Shown here piece by piece: positions 1-7,332 of a stretch of 32,000 nucleotides of DNA. Where the stretch lies: positions 1 to 32,000 of the forward strand of contig CAZQQS010000005.1 of NCBI GenBank assembly GCA_964595665.1, written 5' to 3'. Numbering within the stretch: position 1 is the first letter of the stretch; every line of letters begins with the position of its first letter. The position numbers and the translations under genes were made by a program. The notes below the pieces were generated by a model that saw only the letters and a list, made by a program, of their open reading frames with translations, made no database searches and had not been told where the DNA came from. This DNA comes from an uncultured archaeon. GTDB lineage: Archaea > Iainarchaeota > Iainarchaeia > Iainarchaeales > 0-14-0-20-30-16.

Positions 1-93
1 AATTTTGTTTTAGATTATAAAACATTAACTACTTTGGTAATCTTGATAATTGCTGCGGCAGTATTAATCATTGCAAACTTAATTGTAAAATAA
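1..93 (+). CDS. 3' end of an upstream CDS (partial); C-terminal hydrophobic helix ending in Lys
   Basis: Frame 1 is open from the window edge to TAA at 91-93. It translates to NFVLDYKTLTTLVILIIAAAVLIIANLIVK*. Thirty residues are too few to assign a family. Confidence 0.3.
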   Translation, partial: NFVLDYKTLTTLVILIIAAAVLIIANLIVK

Positions 94-141
94 ATAAATT
101 TAAATATTCTTTATACTTTTATTAATAATAAATTATTTTAT

Positions 142-146
142 GGAGG
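142..146 (+). promoter_or_regulatory. Shine-Dalgarno (GGAGG) for lemA
   Basis: GGAGG lies 6 nt upstream of ATG 153 and is complementary to the archaeal 16S 3' end consensus. Confidence 0.6.
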
Positions 147-152
147 ATAATT

Positions 153-704
153 ATGTGGTGGGTTTGGTTAATCGCAATAGTTGTAGCTCTATTTGTAATA
201 ATGGTTATTTATTACTATAACAGAATTGTTGTTTTAAGTAATAGAATTGATAATGCATTCAGTCAAATAGATGTGCAATTGAAAAAAAGAAATGATTTAA
301 TTCCTAATTTAGTAAGTACTGTAAAAGGTTATGCTAAACACGAAAAAGGAATTTTTGAAGAATTAGCAAAAGCAAGAGCTGAAATGACTAGTGCAAAAGG
401 AGTAAAAGAAAAATTCAAAGCTTCTGATCATATGTCAAATGCTTTAAAAAGTATTTTTGCAATTGCTGAAAATTATCCAGTATTAAAAGCAAATGAAAAC
501 TTTTTGGAATTACAAAGAGAATTAAGTGATTTAGAAAGTAAAATTGCATATACTAGACAATTCTTTAATGATTCAATTTTAGTATACAATAATACAGTAA
601 CTTTATTCCCTGGAATGGTTTTTGCGAGTATGTTTGGTAAAGCAAGAAAAGATTATTTACAAACTGCAGAAGCAGAAAGGAAAGCTGTAAAAGTAGAGTT
701 CTAA
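153..704 (+). CDS. lemA: LemA family membrane protein
   Basis: N-terminal TM helix (WWVWLIAIVVALFVIMVIYYY), then the LemA-type run NRIVVLSNRIDNAFSQIDVQLKKRNDLIPNLVSTVKGYAKHE. Size (183 aa) is typical. Confidence 0.88.
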   Translation: MWWVWLIAIVVALFVIMVIYYYNRIVVLSNRIDNAFSQIDVQLKKRNDLIPNLVSTVKGYAKHEKGIFEELAKARAEMTSAKGVKEKFKASDHMSNALKSIFAIAENYPVLKANENFLELQRELSDLESKIAYTRQFFNDSILVYNNTVTLFPGMVFASMFGKARKDYLQTAEAERKAVKVEF

Positions 705-721
705 GAACTCTATTCTTTTTT
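695..721 (+). terminator. Hairpin plus T-tract overlapping the lemA stop codon
   Basis: AGAGTTC-TAA-GAACTCT forms a 7-bp stem (695-701 with 705-711) and a 3-nt loop. It is followed by ATTCTTTTTTATTTT. htpX starts only 18 nt later, so it may attenuate rather than terminate. Confidence 0.35.
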
Positions 722-738
722 ATTTTATCGTGATAATT

Positions 739-1653
739 ATGGATTATAACGCATATATGAAAACATATACAAAAGTTGATATGTATAGTCAAATTAGAAA
801 TAACAAAATAAAATCTGTTTTGTTAATTACTATAATGTTTTTTTTAATAATTGCAATAATATATGTATTTGGATTAGTTTATAATCCCGCAACTGCTTTT
901 GTGTTTTTAATATTTGGAATTATTTTTTCAACAATTTATATTTTGGTAATGTTTTACAAATCAGATAAAATTGCTTTGGCAAGTGTTAAAGCTTATGAAG
1001 CAAAAGATAAAAAATTTAATCATTTAAATAATTTGGTAGAGGGCTTAGCTTTAGCTGGTGGATTACCCAAGCCTAAAGTATATGTCATGCCCTCAAAAGA
1101 GATTAATGCTTTTGCTAGTGGTAGAAACCCCGAAAATGCTGTTGTATGCGTTACAGAAGGTTGTTTAGAGCTATTAACTAATAAAGAATTAGAAGGCGTT
1201 ATAGCGCATGAATTAACACACATAAGAAATTATGATATCAGATTTGTTACTTTAGCTGTTGTTTTAGTTGGAATTATTGCAATTATTGCAGAAATATTTT
1301 TACGAGGCCTATGGTTTTCTGGTAATAATGAAAATAGAAGCCCATGGATTTTAATTGTAGGAATATTGATTGCAATATTGGCACCAATAATTGCAACTTT
1401 GGTGCAATTATCTATTTCAAGAAAAAGAGAATTTATGGCTGATGCTGGGGCAATACAATTAACAAAAGATACTTCTGGTTTAGTTAATGCTTTGAAAAAA
1501 ATTGATGCATATTATTCCAAAAATAATAAAACAATTGCCAACAAAACAGTATCAAATATGTTTTTAGCGGCAGCTGGAAAAAAATCAATTAGTAATTTAT
1601 TTGCAACTCACCCACCAATAGAATTAAGAATAAATATTTTAGAAAGAATGTAA
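739..1653 (+). CDS. htpX: HtpX-like M48 zinc metalloprotease
   Basis: HExxH in AHELTHIRNYD, flanked by TM helices. Downstream are REFMADAGA and C-terminal FATHPPIELRI, which is M48/HtpX architecture. The track start GTG 730 is the GTG of a GTGAT Shine-Dalgarno, so ATG 739 is preferred. Confidence 0.85.
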   Translation: MDYNAYMKTYTKVDMYSQIRNNKIKSVLLITIMFFLIIAIIYVFGLVYNPATAFVFLIFGIIFSTIYILVMFYKSDKIALASVKAYEAKDKKFNHLNNLVEGLALAGGLPKPKVYVMPSKEINAFASGRNPENAVVCVTEGCLELLTNKELEGVIAHELTHIRNYDIRFVTLAVVLVGIIAIIAEIFLRGLWFSGNNENRSPWILIVGILIAILAPIIATLVQLSISRKREFMADAGAIQLTKDTSGLVNALKKIDAYYSKNNKTIANKTVSNMFLAAAGKKSISNLFATHPPIELRINILERM

Positions 1654-2166
1654 TTATTGATTTTTAATTAAATCATCTAATTCCTTTCTCCAATTATATG
1701 CGAAAGAATCACAAACATTTGGATTAATTAAGCACAACTCCATTTCTTGCTTATAATTCTCTGATCCATTAACATAAATATCACAATTAGTTCTTATACA
1801 CCAATCTACTAAAGAATAAATATCAAAATTATTTGGATTTTCAGTATCTGGATTTTCAGAACAATCTGATACAAAATATTCAAAATTAAAAGTTTTTGAA
1901 AATATCCCTTTTTTACAATTTATAATAACAAGGTTATTTTCTTTATTTATAACTTTACAATCACCATATTCTTCTTTAATATCAGCAACATTACAAGTTA
2001 CAAAGAAATCCTTATTTATCATAGCATAAGCTTGTTCGGAATCAAAAATCATTTGTCTATAGGAGTCAGAAAAATAAATTTCTTTTTGTGAATTCAAAGT
2101 AAAAAAGAAAATGCTTATTATGAAAACAAACACAATAATTACAACGCTAAAGAAACCTTTATTCAT
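1654..2166 (-). CDS. Pilin-like (class III signal peptide) protein, Cys-rich, putative minor pilin
   Basis: N-terminus MNKGFFSVVIIVFVFIISIFFF: short basic leader, Gly, then a hydrophobic helix. The soluble part has 8 Cys. Start overlaps the upstream stop as ATGA. It is the last gene of the filament locus. Confidence 0.5.
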   Translation of the reverse strand: MNKGFFSVVIIVFVFIISIFFFTLNSQKEIYFSDSYRQMIFDSEQAYAMINKDFFVTCNVADIKEEYGDCKVINKENNLVIINCKKGIFSKTFNFEYFVSDCSENPDTENPNNFDIYSLVDWCIRTNCDIYVNGSENYKQEMELCLINPNVCDSFAYNWRKELDDLIKNQ

Positions 2167-2405
2167 GAAACCACCTTACAATTAGTAATTTTGGTTCCAG
2201 TATATAATTCATAATCAATACAAATATTTCCATTAATATTTTTAGAACTATCTCCAATCATAAATTTATTTGCACTATCAAATATCAAATCATCTTGAAC
2301 ATGATTTACTTTGGGCATTTTTACATCAAAAATAAAAACCAAAGCAATTAAAATAATTACTACAGAGAAAACCAGATCTAACATAAAAATAAAACCTTTA
2401 TTCAT
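2163..2405 (-). CDS. Pilin-like (class III signal peptide) protein, putative minor pilin
   Basis: MNKGFIFMLDLVFSVVIILIALVFIF, with 2 Cys near the C-terminus. The track start at 2411 is TTG; ATG 2405 gives the same MNKGF leader as the neighbouring gene. Confidence 0.5.
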   Translation of the reverse strand: MNKGFIFMLDLVFSVVIILIALVFIFDVKMPKVNHVQDDLIFDSANKFMIGDSSKNINGNICIDYELYTGTKITNCKVVS

Positions 2406-2853
2406 AAACAAACACCTCTATTTGTTTACTTAAATTACAAGAGCCCAATAAACAATAAAGATAATCCTCTTTTGTTATTTTACCATTAGAAGAATGAAAA
2501 ATATTTATCTTTTTGGAAATATGTGTTTTAGAACTTACATTACAAGTTTCAATTGGTTTGATACAAACACTATATTCTAAATCTTCAAATCCAACTAAAG
2601 TATCTGAAATACAAAAACCTAATTTTTTAATTGTCTTATTAGAAGAATCTATTAAATCACAACTATTATCTGAATAAGCTAATCGATTCAAAACAATATT
2701 CATTTCTGCAAACATTTTTGTTTCTTTTTTATATGCATTATATTCTAAAATAGTATTATGCAAATATAACCCCAAAATACCAAATAAAAAAATTACCAAA
2801 GTAATTGTAATTATTAAATCCAATGAAACAAAAAATCCTTTTTTCATAATCAT
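2398..2853 (-). CDS. Pilin-like (class III signal peptide) protein, Cys-rich, putative minor pilin
   Basis: MIMKKGFFVSLDLIITITLVIFLFGILGLY, with 6 Cys. ATGA overlap with the upstream gene. Confidence 0.55.
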   Translation of the reverse strand: MIMKKGFFVSLDLIITITLVIFLFGILGLYLHNTILEYNAYKKETKMFAEMNIVLNRLAYSDNSCDLIDSSNKTIKKLGFCISDTLVGFEDLEYSVCIKPIETCNVSSKTHISKKINIFHSSNGKITKEDYLYCLLGSCNLSKQIEVFVYE

Positions 2854-3185
2854 CCCTTACAATTATTTGAAGTACATATATACGTCTTTTTTAAATTAAT
2901 TATGTAATTGTTATTTTCATCAATAATTAAATTTTTATCCTCAAATCTTACAGTATTTGCAAAATTATAATTAATATTTGCATCAGAAGTATCTACACTT
3001 TTAAATGCAGAATATGCTAAAATATATTCATTAAAATTATTTACATTTGAATTATACAATTTTGAATTTGCATCCAAATCATTCACATAATAAAAAAACA
3101 TAGTTAATGCAAAGATAAATAACATTAATGCCAAAATCATATCAAATGACACTTGACCTCTATTCATTAGTAACACCATCTTCAT
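2850..3185 (-). CDS. Pilin-like (class III signal peptide) protein, putative minor pilin
   Basis: (MKMVLL)MNRGQVSFDMILALMLFIFALTMFF: R-G-Q with Asp at +5 after the predicted G/Q cleavage. 2 Cys in C-terminal YICTSNNCKG. An alternative start at ATG 3167 gives the leader MNRGQ. Confidence 0.55.
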   Translation of the reverse strand: MKMVLLMNRGQVSFDMILALMLFIFALTMFFYYVNDLDANSKLYNSNVNNFNEYILAYSAFKSVDTSDANINYNFANTVRFEDKNLIIDENNNYIINLKKTYICTSNNCKG

Positions 3186-3624
3186 TTACAATTAAATTAA
3201 ATGTTAATTTATTCTCTAAAGTATTTTTATTTTCAAAGTTACAAGGTATAGTTAATTCTCGAGAACAAATAAAATCTTCACAAAAAGATTTTATAGTAGA
3301 ATCATAGTCTTCATTTTGAGAAATTAATTTATAAGAATAACCTATGTTATTATTCTTACAATAAAAATTAGAATCTTTAGGCAATTCAATTTCAACAGTA
3401 AACTTACCAGAATTATAATTTTGTAATAAAGAATATTTAGAATTTATTTCTTCTAAACCTTTATCCAAAGTATTTACATTAATCATATCCAAAACAGAAT
3501 TTCTAGAATAATCTCTTAATGGAATAATTATTACTTCAATTAAAATCAAAATAATTAATAAGATTAATAAGAACTCAATACTTAATTGTCCTTTATTATT
3601 TAAATTAAAGAAATTCCTATCCAT
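3160..3624 (-). CDS. Pilin-like (class III signal peptide) protein, putative minor pilin
   Basis: MDRNFFNLNNKGQLSIEFLLILLIILILIEVII: K-G-Q, Glu at +5, hydrophobic helix, 4 Cys. Overlaps the peptidase gene end by 25 nt. Confidence 0.6.
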   Translation of the reverse strand: MDRNFFNLNNKGQLSIEFLLILLIILILIEVIIIPLRDYSRNSVLDMINVNTLDKGLEEINSKYSLLQNYNSGKFTVEIELPKDSNFYCKNNNIGYSYKLISQNEDYDSTIKSFCEDFICSRELTIPCNFENKNTLENKLTFNLIVNEDGVTNE

Positions 3625-4694
3625 AAAACATCCCCAAAGATTAACATAACTACATATGCAACAAATATACTTGGCACCATAGGCAAAGTTTCCTTTAATT
3701 CAATTTCTTTTTCAGAAAACTCATTTTTTATTTTTAATACATCCTCTTTGTTTAACCCAGAGGCAAGTATATTATTTATAACTATATTATTATATATATT
3801 CTTTCGCTTTTCCAATACTTTTCCTAAAGACTTAATATCTTTCTTTAAAGAATATTTTAAATCACCATAAAAAGAATATTTTAAAGGTTTTAGTTTCTCA
3901 TTTTCTACTATCAAAGGATGGGCCAAAACATCCCCTTCTTTCAAATCATTTATTAATATAGTTTTATTTAAAATTCCTGATTTAGAGATTGAAAAAAACC
4001 AAAAAACAAATCCTAATAAAAAGAATATTATTAATGCTGGCAAAATATTCTTTAAAGTTAAAATAGGATCTAAAAATAAAGATACAATAAACAACCCAAT
4101 AGAAAAAACATATTTTATCTTCTTAGGCAAAATAAAAATTAATATTAAAGCTAAAACATACAAATACAAAGGCAAAGAAAAATAAGAAAATAAAAAATAT
4201 ATCCCTAAAATAGAACATATGCTTACAACAAAAAATAATAATTTTTGTTTTAAATTCTTTTTAATATATTCTTTAACTTTAAAATTTTTAAAATAGGATA
4301 TAAATACTTTGAATGCACCTATAGGAAGAATAAATAAAATACTTAATATAAATAATGAAAAAATAAATGGCAATAAAGAAGTGTTAGACAAAATAGAAAT
4401 ATTTGTAAATGGGATAACTGCGAATAATCCTATAAATAGTTTTGAATCGCCCCCAGCGAATATTCCCAATCGCCAAAACAAATATAGAATTAAATATACT
4501 AAAATAAAGAAACCTAAGAACTTTAATAATGCAAATATGCCTAAAGAAAAATAAAAATAAATTGAATTAGCTATTAAACCATAACCCATTAACCCAAAAG
4601 TTAAATAATTAGAAACTTCTCTATAATTAATATCAGTATAACTAGCGAAAGCTAAAGCAAAAAAAACAATTATATTATTTATTATAAAAAACAT
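3600..4694 (-). CDS. A24-family prepilin/preflagellin peptidase (PibD/FlaK/EppA/TadV-like) with inserted soluble domain
   Basis: Polytopic membrane protein. First catalytic Asp context ASYTDINYREVSNYL, second in IFAGGDSKLFIGL (GxGD-type). A non-hydrophobic segment of about 95 aa (KTILINDLKEGDVLAHPL...EIELKETLP) precedes the last TM helix. It sits between the pilin genes. Confidence 0.8.
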   Translation of the reverse strand: MFFIINNIIVFFALAFASYTDINYREVSNYLTFGLMGYGLIANSIYFYFSLGIFALLKFLGFFILVYLILYLFWRLGIFAGGDSKLFIGLFAVIPFTNISILSNTSLLPFIFSLFILSILFILPIGAFKVFISYFKNFKVKEYIKKNLKQKLLFFVVSICSILGIYFLFSYFSLPLYLYVLALILIFILPKKIKYVFSIGLFIVSLFLDPILTLKNILPALIIFFLLGFVFWFFSISKSGILNKTILINDLKEGDVLAHPLIVENEKLKPLKYSFYGDLKYSLKKDIKSLGKVLEKRKNIYNNIVINNILASGLNKEDVLKIKNEFSEKEIELKETLPMVPSIFVAYVVMLIFGDVLWIGISLI

Positions 4695-4703
4695 AAATAA
4701 TAA

Positions 4704-4892
4704 TTAATCGAATAGTTTTTGAAAGTATTCATTTTTGTACTCTGCAATTCGTTCTTTAGCCGCATTACCCAAATACCTTAAATTAAAGGCAAATAAAGTT
4801 ACTATGGCAACCAAAATAATTGCAAAAACAATAGTCAAAAGGTACTCAATAGAAACTTGAGCACCTTTATCCTTCAAAAACATATTTCTCAC
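4704..4892 (-). CDS. Small type IV pilin (class III signal peptide, Flp/Epd-like), 62 aa
   Basis: MRNMFLKDKGA-QVSIEYLLTIVFAIILVAIVTLFAF: basic leader, small residue, Gln +1, Glu +5, hydrophobic helix, short tail. No Cys. Tandem with two paralogues. Confidence 0.75.
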   Translation of the reverse strand: MRNMFLKDKGAQVSIEYLLTIVFAIILVAIVTLFAFNLRYLGNAAKERIAEYKNEYFQKLFD

Positions 4893-5090
4893 TTATTCAA
4901 TATCAGCCAATCCTTTTGCTTTGAGGGCATTATAATCTAGATTGCCAAGTTGAGTGTTTACATCTGTTTTTGCTTGATTTGCAATGTTTACAACTACCGC
5001 AATTACTATTGCTGCTAATACTATAGCACCACCAATAATTAACAAGTACTCTAATGCACCTTGTGCTTTTTTATCTTTTAAGAAAGTCAT
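4893..5090 (-). CDS. Small type IV pilin (class III signal peptide, Flp/Epd-like), 65 aa; best major-pilin candidate
   Basis: MTFLKDKKA-QGALEYLLIIGGAIVLAAIVIAVVV: Gln +1, Glu +5. It has the strongest RBS of the three (GGAGG at 5098-5102). No Cys. Confidence 0.8.
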   Translation of the reverse strand: MTFLKDKKAQGALEYLLIIGGAIVLAAIVIAVVVNIANQAKTDVNTQLGNLDYNALKAKGLADIE

Positions 5091-5097
5091 AATAATT

Positions 5098-5102
5098 CCT
5101 CC
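5098..5102 (-). promoter_or_regulatory. Shine-Dalgarno (GGAGG) for the 65-aa pilin gene
   Basis: The reverse complement of CCTCC at 5098-5102 is GGAGG, 7 nt upstream of ATG 5090. Confidence 0.55.
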
Positions 5103-5115
5103 AATATATCTCCAG

Positions 5116-5283
5116 TTATACTAATTTAGTTAAATCATCTAATTGTTCTGTTCCTTTATTATAATCTTTAACTGCTTGAGTTTTTACAAAATATCCTATA
5201 ATGGCTACTGCAACAATAACACCACCAATAATTAAAAGGATTTCTATTGATGTCTGCGCCTTGGTATCTTTTGTAAACCTCAT
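5116..5283 (-). CDS. Small type IV pilin (class III signal peptide), 55 aa; absent from the ORF track
   Basis: Hand translation of the minus strand from ATG 5283 to TAA 5118-5116 gives MRFTKDTKAQTSIEILLIIGGVIVAVAIIGYFVKTQAVKDYNKGTEQLDDLTKLV. It has the same K-A-Q...E(+5)-LLIIGG design as the 65-aa neighbour. GTGATGATT lies upstream of the ATG. Confidence 0.7.
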   Translation of the reverse strand: MRFTKDTKAQTSIEILLIIGGVIVAVAIIGYFVKTQAVKDYNKGTEQLDDLTKLV

Positions 5284-5298
5284 AATCATCACATTATA

Positions 5299-6198
5299 TT
5301 AAAGCGCCCCTATTAATAAATATTTCGTTAAAAATTTAGCCATATAAAACACAACATAAGCTATTCCCAAAAATACAGGCAAATAAAAGAATATTTTAGC
5401 ATATTTTTTCTCTCTCATTATTACAACCATTAAAGTTGAAGCTAAAACCTGTATAAACACAAATATTGTTAATACTGTTTCCAACAAGTTCTTTACACTT
5501 AAAGCGTCAGCTACACTTTTAGCATTTGCCAAACCAGTAGTAGCAGAAATACCCATTAAAAACTCAATCAAAGTAACTACTAAACCATAAATTCCCGGAG
5601 CTATAATTGCTCCTGCTGAAACAATAAATAACATTTGCATCATAGTTTTTGCTTTTCTATCTAATTCTAATTTATACAATTTTCGCATATCTTCAGATAA
5701 TTCCTCTAAAATGTCTGCTAATGATGCTCCTGCTTTAATAGTATCATTAATTATAGAAATTGTTTTTCTTACCATTTCAGAATTAACATTTTCTGAAATT
5801 ATATTTAGAGATTCTTCAAAATTATATCCTTGTTCTAATCTTAATAAAACATTTTCTAATTCTATATTTAATGGACCATATTCATAACTAGTTAATTCTC
5901 TTATTGCATATTCGTATGTACCACCTGATTTCAATAAATAAGCAATCTCTCTTAATGCACTCGGAAAATGTTTTTCAATTAATGCAATTCTCTTTTCTTC
6001 CAAAATTAAAGGATAACCAATAAAAAAATCAATAATTACAAATAAACCCACAAACCCCAAAACTAAATTATTTAATAATAAAAAACTGCTGAATAAAACA
6101 ACCAAACCAAAAATCAAAGACAGTATAAACCACAGATTTACATTAATCCTAATATTATTTCTATAAAGTATTGTTTGGTATTTTTCTAAAAACAACAT
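5299..6198 (-). CDS. Type IV filament platform protein, single T2SSF domain (TadC-like)
   Basis: N-terminal TM pair, then a cytoplasmic helical domain (FPSALREIAYLLKSGGTYEYAIREL...IKAGASLADILEELSEDMRK), then C-terminal TM helices. That is one GspF/T2SSF-type repeat. The track start GTG 6207 is part of a GTGAT SD; ATG 6198 is preferred. Confidence 0.75.
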   Translation of the reverse strand: MLFLEKYQTILYRNNIRINVNLWFILSLIFGLVVLFSSFLLLNNLVLGFVGLFVIIDFFIGYPLILEEKRIALIEKHFPSALREIAYLLKSGGTYEYAIRELTSYEYGPLNIELENVLLRLEQGYNFEESLNIISENVNSEMVRKTISIINDTIKAGASLADILEELSEDMRKLYKLELDRKAKTMMQMLFIVSAGAIIAPGIYGLVVTLIEFLMGISATTGLANAKSVADALSVKNLLETVLTIFVFIQVLASTLMVVIMREKKYAKIFFYLPVFLGIAYVVFYMAKFLTKYLLIGAL

Positions 6199-6203
6199 AA
6201 TAA

Positions 6204-7328
6204 TCACATATTTGGTTTAATACTTTTAATATACAAAACTAACATCAAAAAAATCATTGGAAATACTACTAAAAATGCTAATGCAACAACCAAAGGAGTT
6301 AAAGGCAAGGCATTTAAAAAAGAAACGTTTGAACCTAACGGAGCATTTCTTATTCCTGAAAGAATTGCCAACATTACAGGAATAACTATTCCTACAAAAA
6401 TATAAATTACCCCAAAGAAATTCATTTTACCAGTAAACATATCTATATCTGACATTAATTGATAAGAAACATCATCTGCAATAGTACTCATAATTTGAGA
6501 TAAATTTCCACCAGATTTTAACGCTCTTAATAAGTGCCCAATTGCGTTTTTTAATGCAAAAGATTTCGTTCTTAAAGACAAAGCTCTCAAAGAATCTTTT
6601 ATGTCAGAACCTTCTTCAACTTCTAAAACTGTTTTCATTAATTCTTCTGATAAAACCCCATAATCTGCAACTGCAACAGTTTTAATTACTTTATATAAAT
6701 CCATTCCAGAACGCAACAACATAGACATATGTCTTAATGCAAAAGGTAAATTAGCATCAATTAATTTCGCTCTTTTTTTTGCAATTGATGTAGGGTATTT
6801 TAAAATAAAAAATACACTGAAAATAATTAAGAAAATGGATAAAATAATTGGTATCAAATATCCTAAATTAAATGTTATAAATACTGCAAAAAAACTACCT
6901 ATCAACAAAATATTTGTAAAAAATAATATAACTGAAGACATTGCCAAATATTGTGTTGCACTATAATTAATATCTGCAGAATATAATTCCAAAGATAACA
7001 CTTTTGATTCTGGAAACGCCCCCAAAATTTTTCGTGAAATCAAACCAAAGAATCCAGAAAATCTTTCATATATTTTTCCTAATTTTCTAACAAAAGGATT
7101 AAAACTATATTGTAAATCTTTTGGTCTCAATACTTCTATTTTAGATCTCTTACCTTCTGAAATTAAAGATCTTAATTCTTTTAAATTTGTATTGTCTGGA
7201 CCAATCAGTCCTTGTTTTTCATATTTTGTTTTTATTCTATTAACTATAGCATCAACTTTAGACATATCCAATTGTTCTTGAACTTTAGCTCTAGTTTTAT
7301 TTTCTGTATATGTTTGTTGATAAGCCAT
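6204..7328 (-). CDS. Type IV filament platform protein, single T2SSF domain (TadB-like)
   Basis: LPFALRHMSMLLRSGMDLYKVIKTVA...LKSGGNLSQIMSTIADD flanked by TM helices, i.e. one T2SSF repeat. ATG 7328 is preceded by GTGATTTT and is preferred; the alternative ATG 7346 has no SD. Confidence 0.75.
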   Translation of the reverse strand: MAYQQTYTENKTRAKVQEQLDMSKVDAIVNRIKTKYEKQGLIGPDNTNLKELRSLISEGKRSKIEVLRPKDLQYSFNPFVRKLGKIYERFSGFFGLISRKILGAFPESKVLSLELYSADINYSATQYLAMSSVILFFTNILLIGSFFAVFITFNLGYLIPIILSIFLIIFSVFFILKYPTSIAKKRAKLIDANLPFALRHMSMLLRSGMDLYKVIKTVAVADYGVLSEELMKTVLEVEEGSDIKDSLRALSLRTKSFALKNAIGHLLRALKSGGNLSQIMSTIADDVSYQLMSDIDMFTGKMNFFGVIYIFVGIVIPVMLAILSGIRNAPLGSNVSFLNALPLTPLVVALAFLVVFPMIFLMLVLYIKSIKPNM

Positions 7329-7332
7329 AAAA

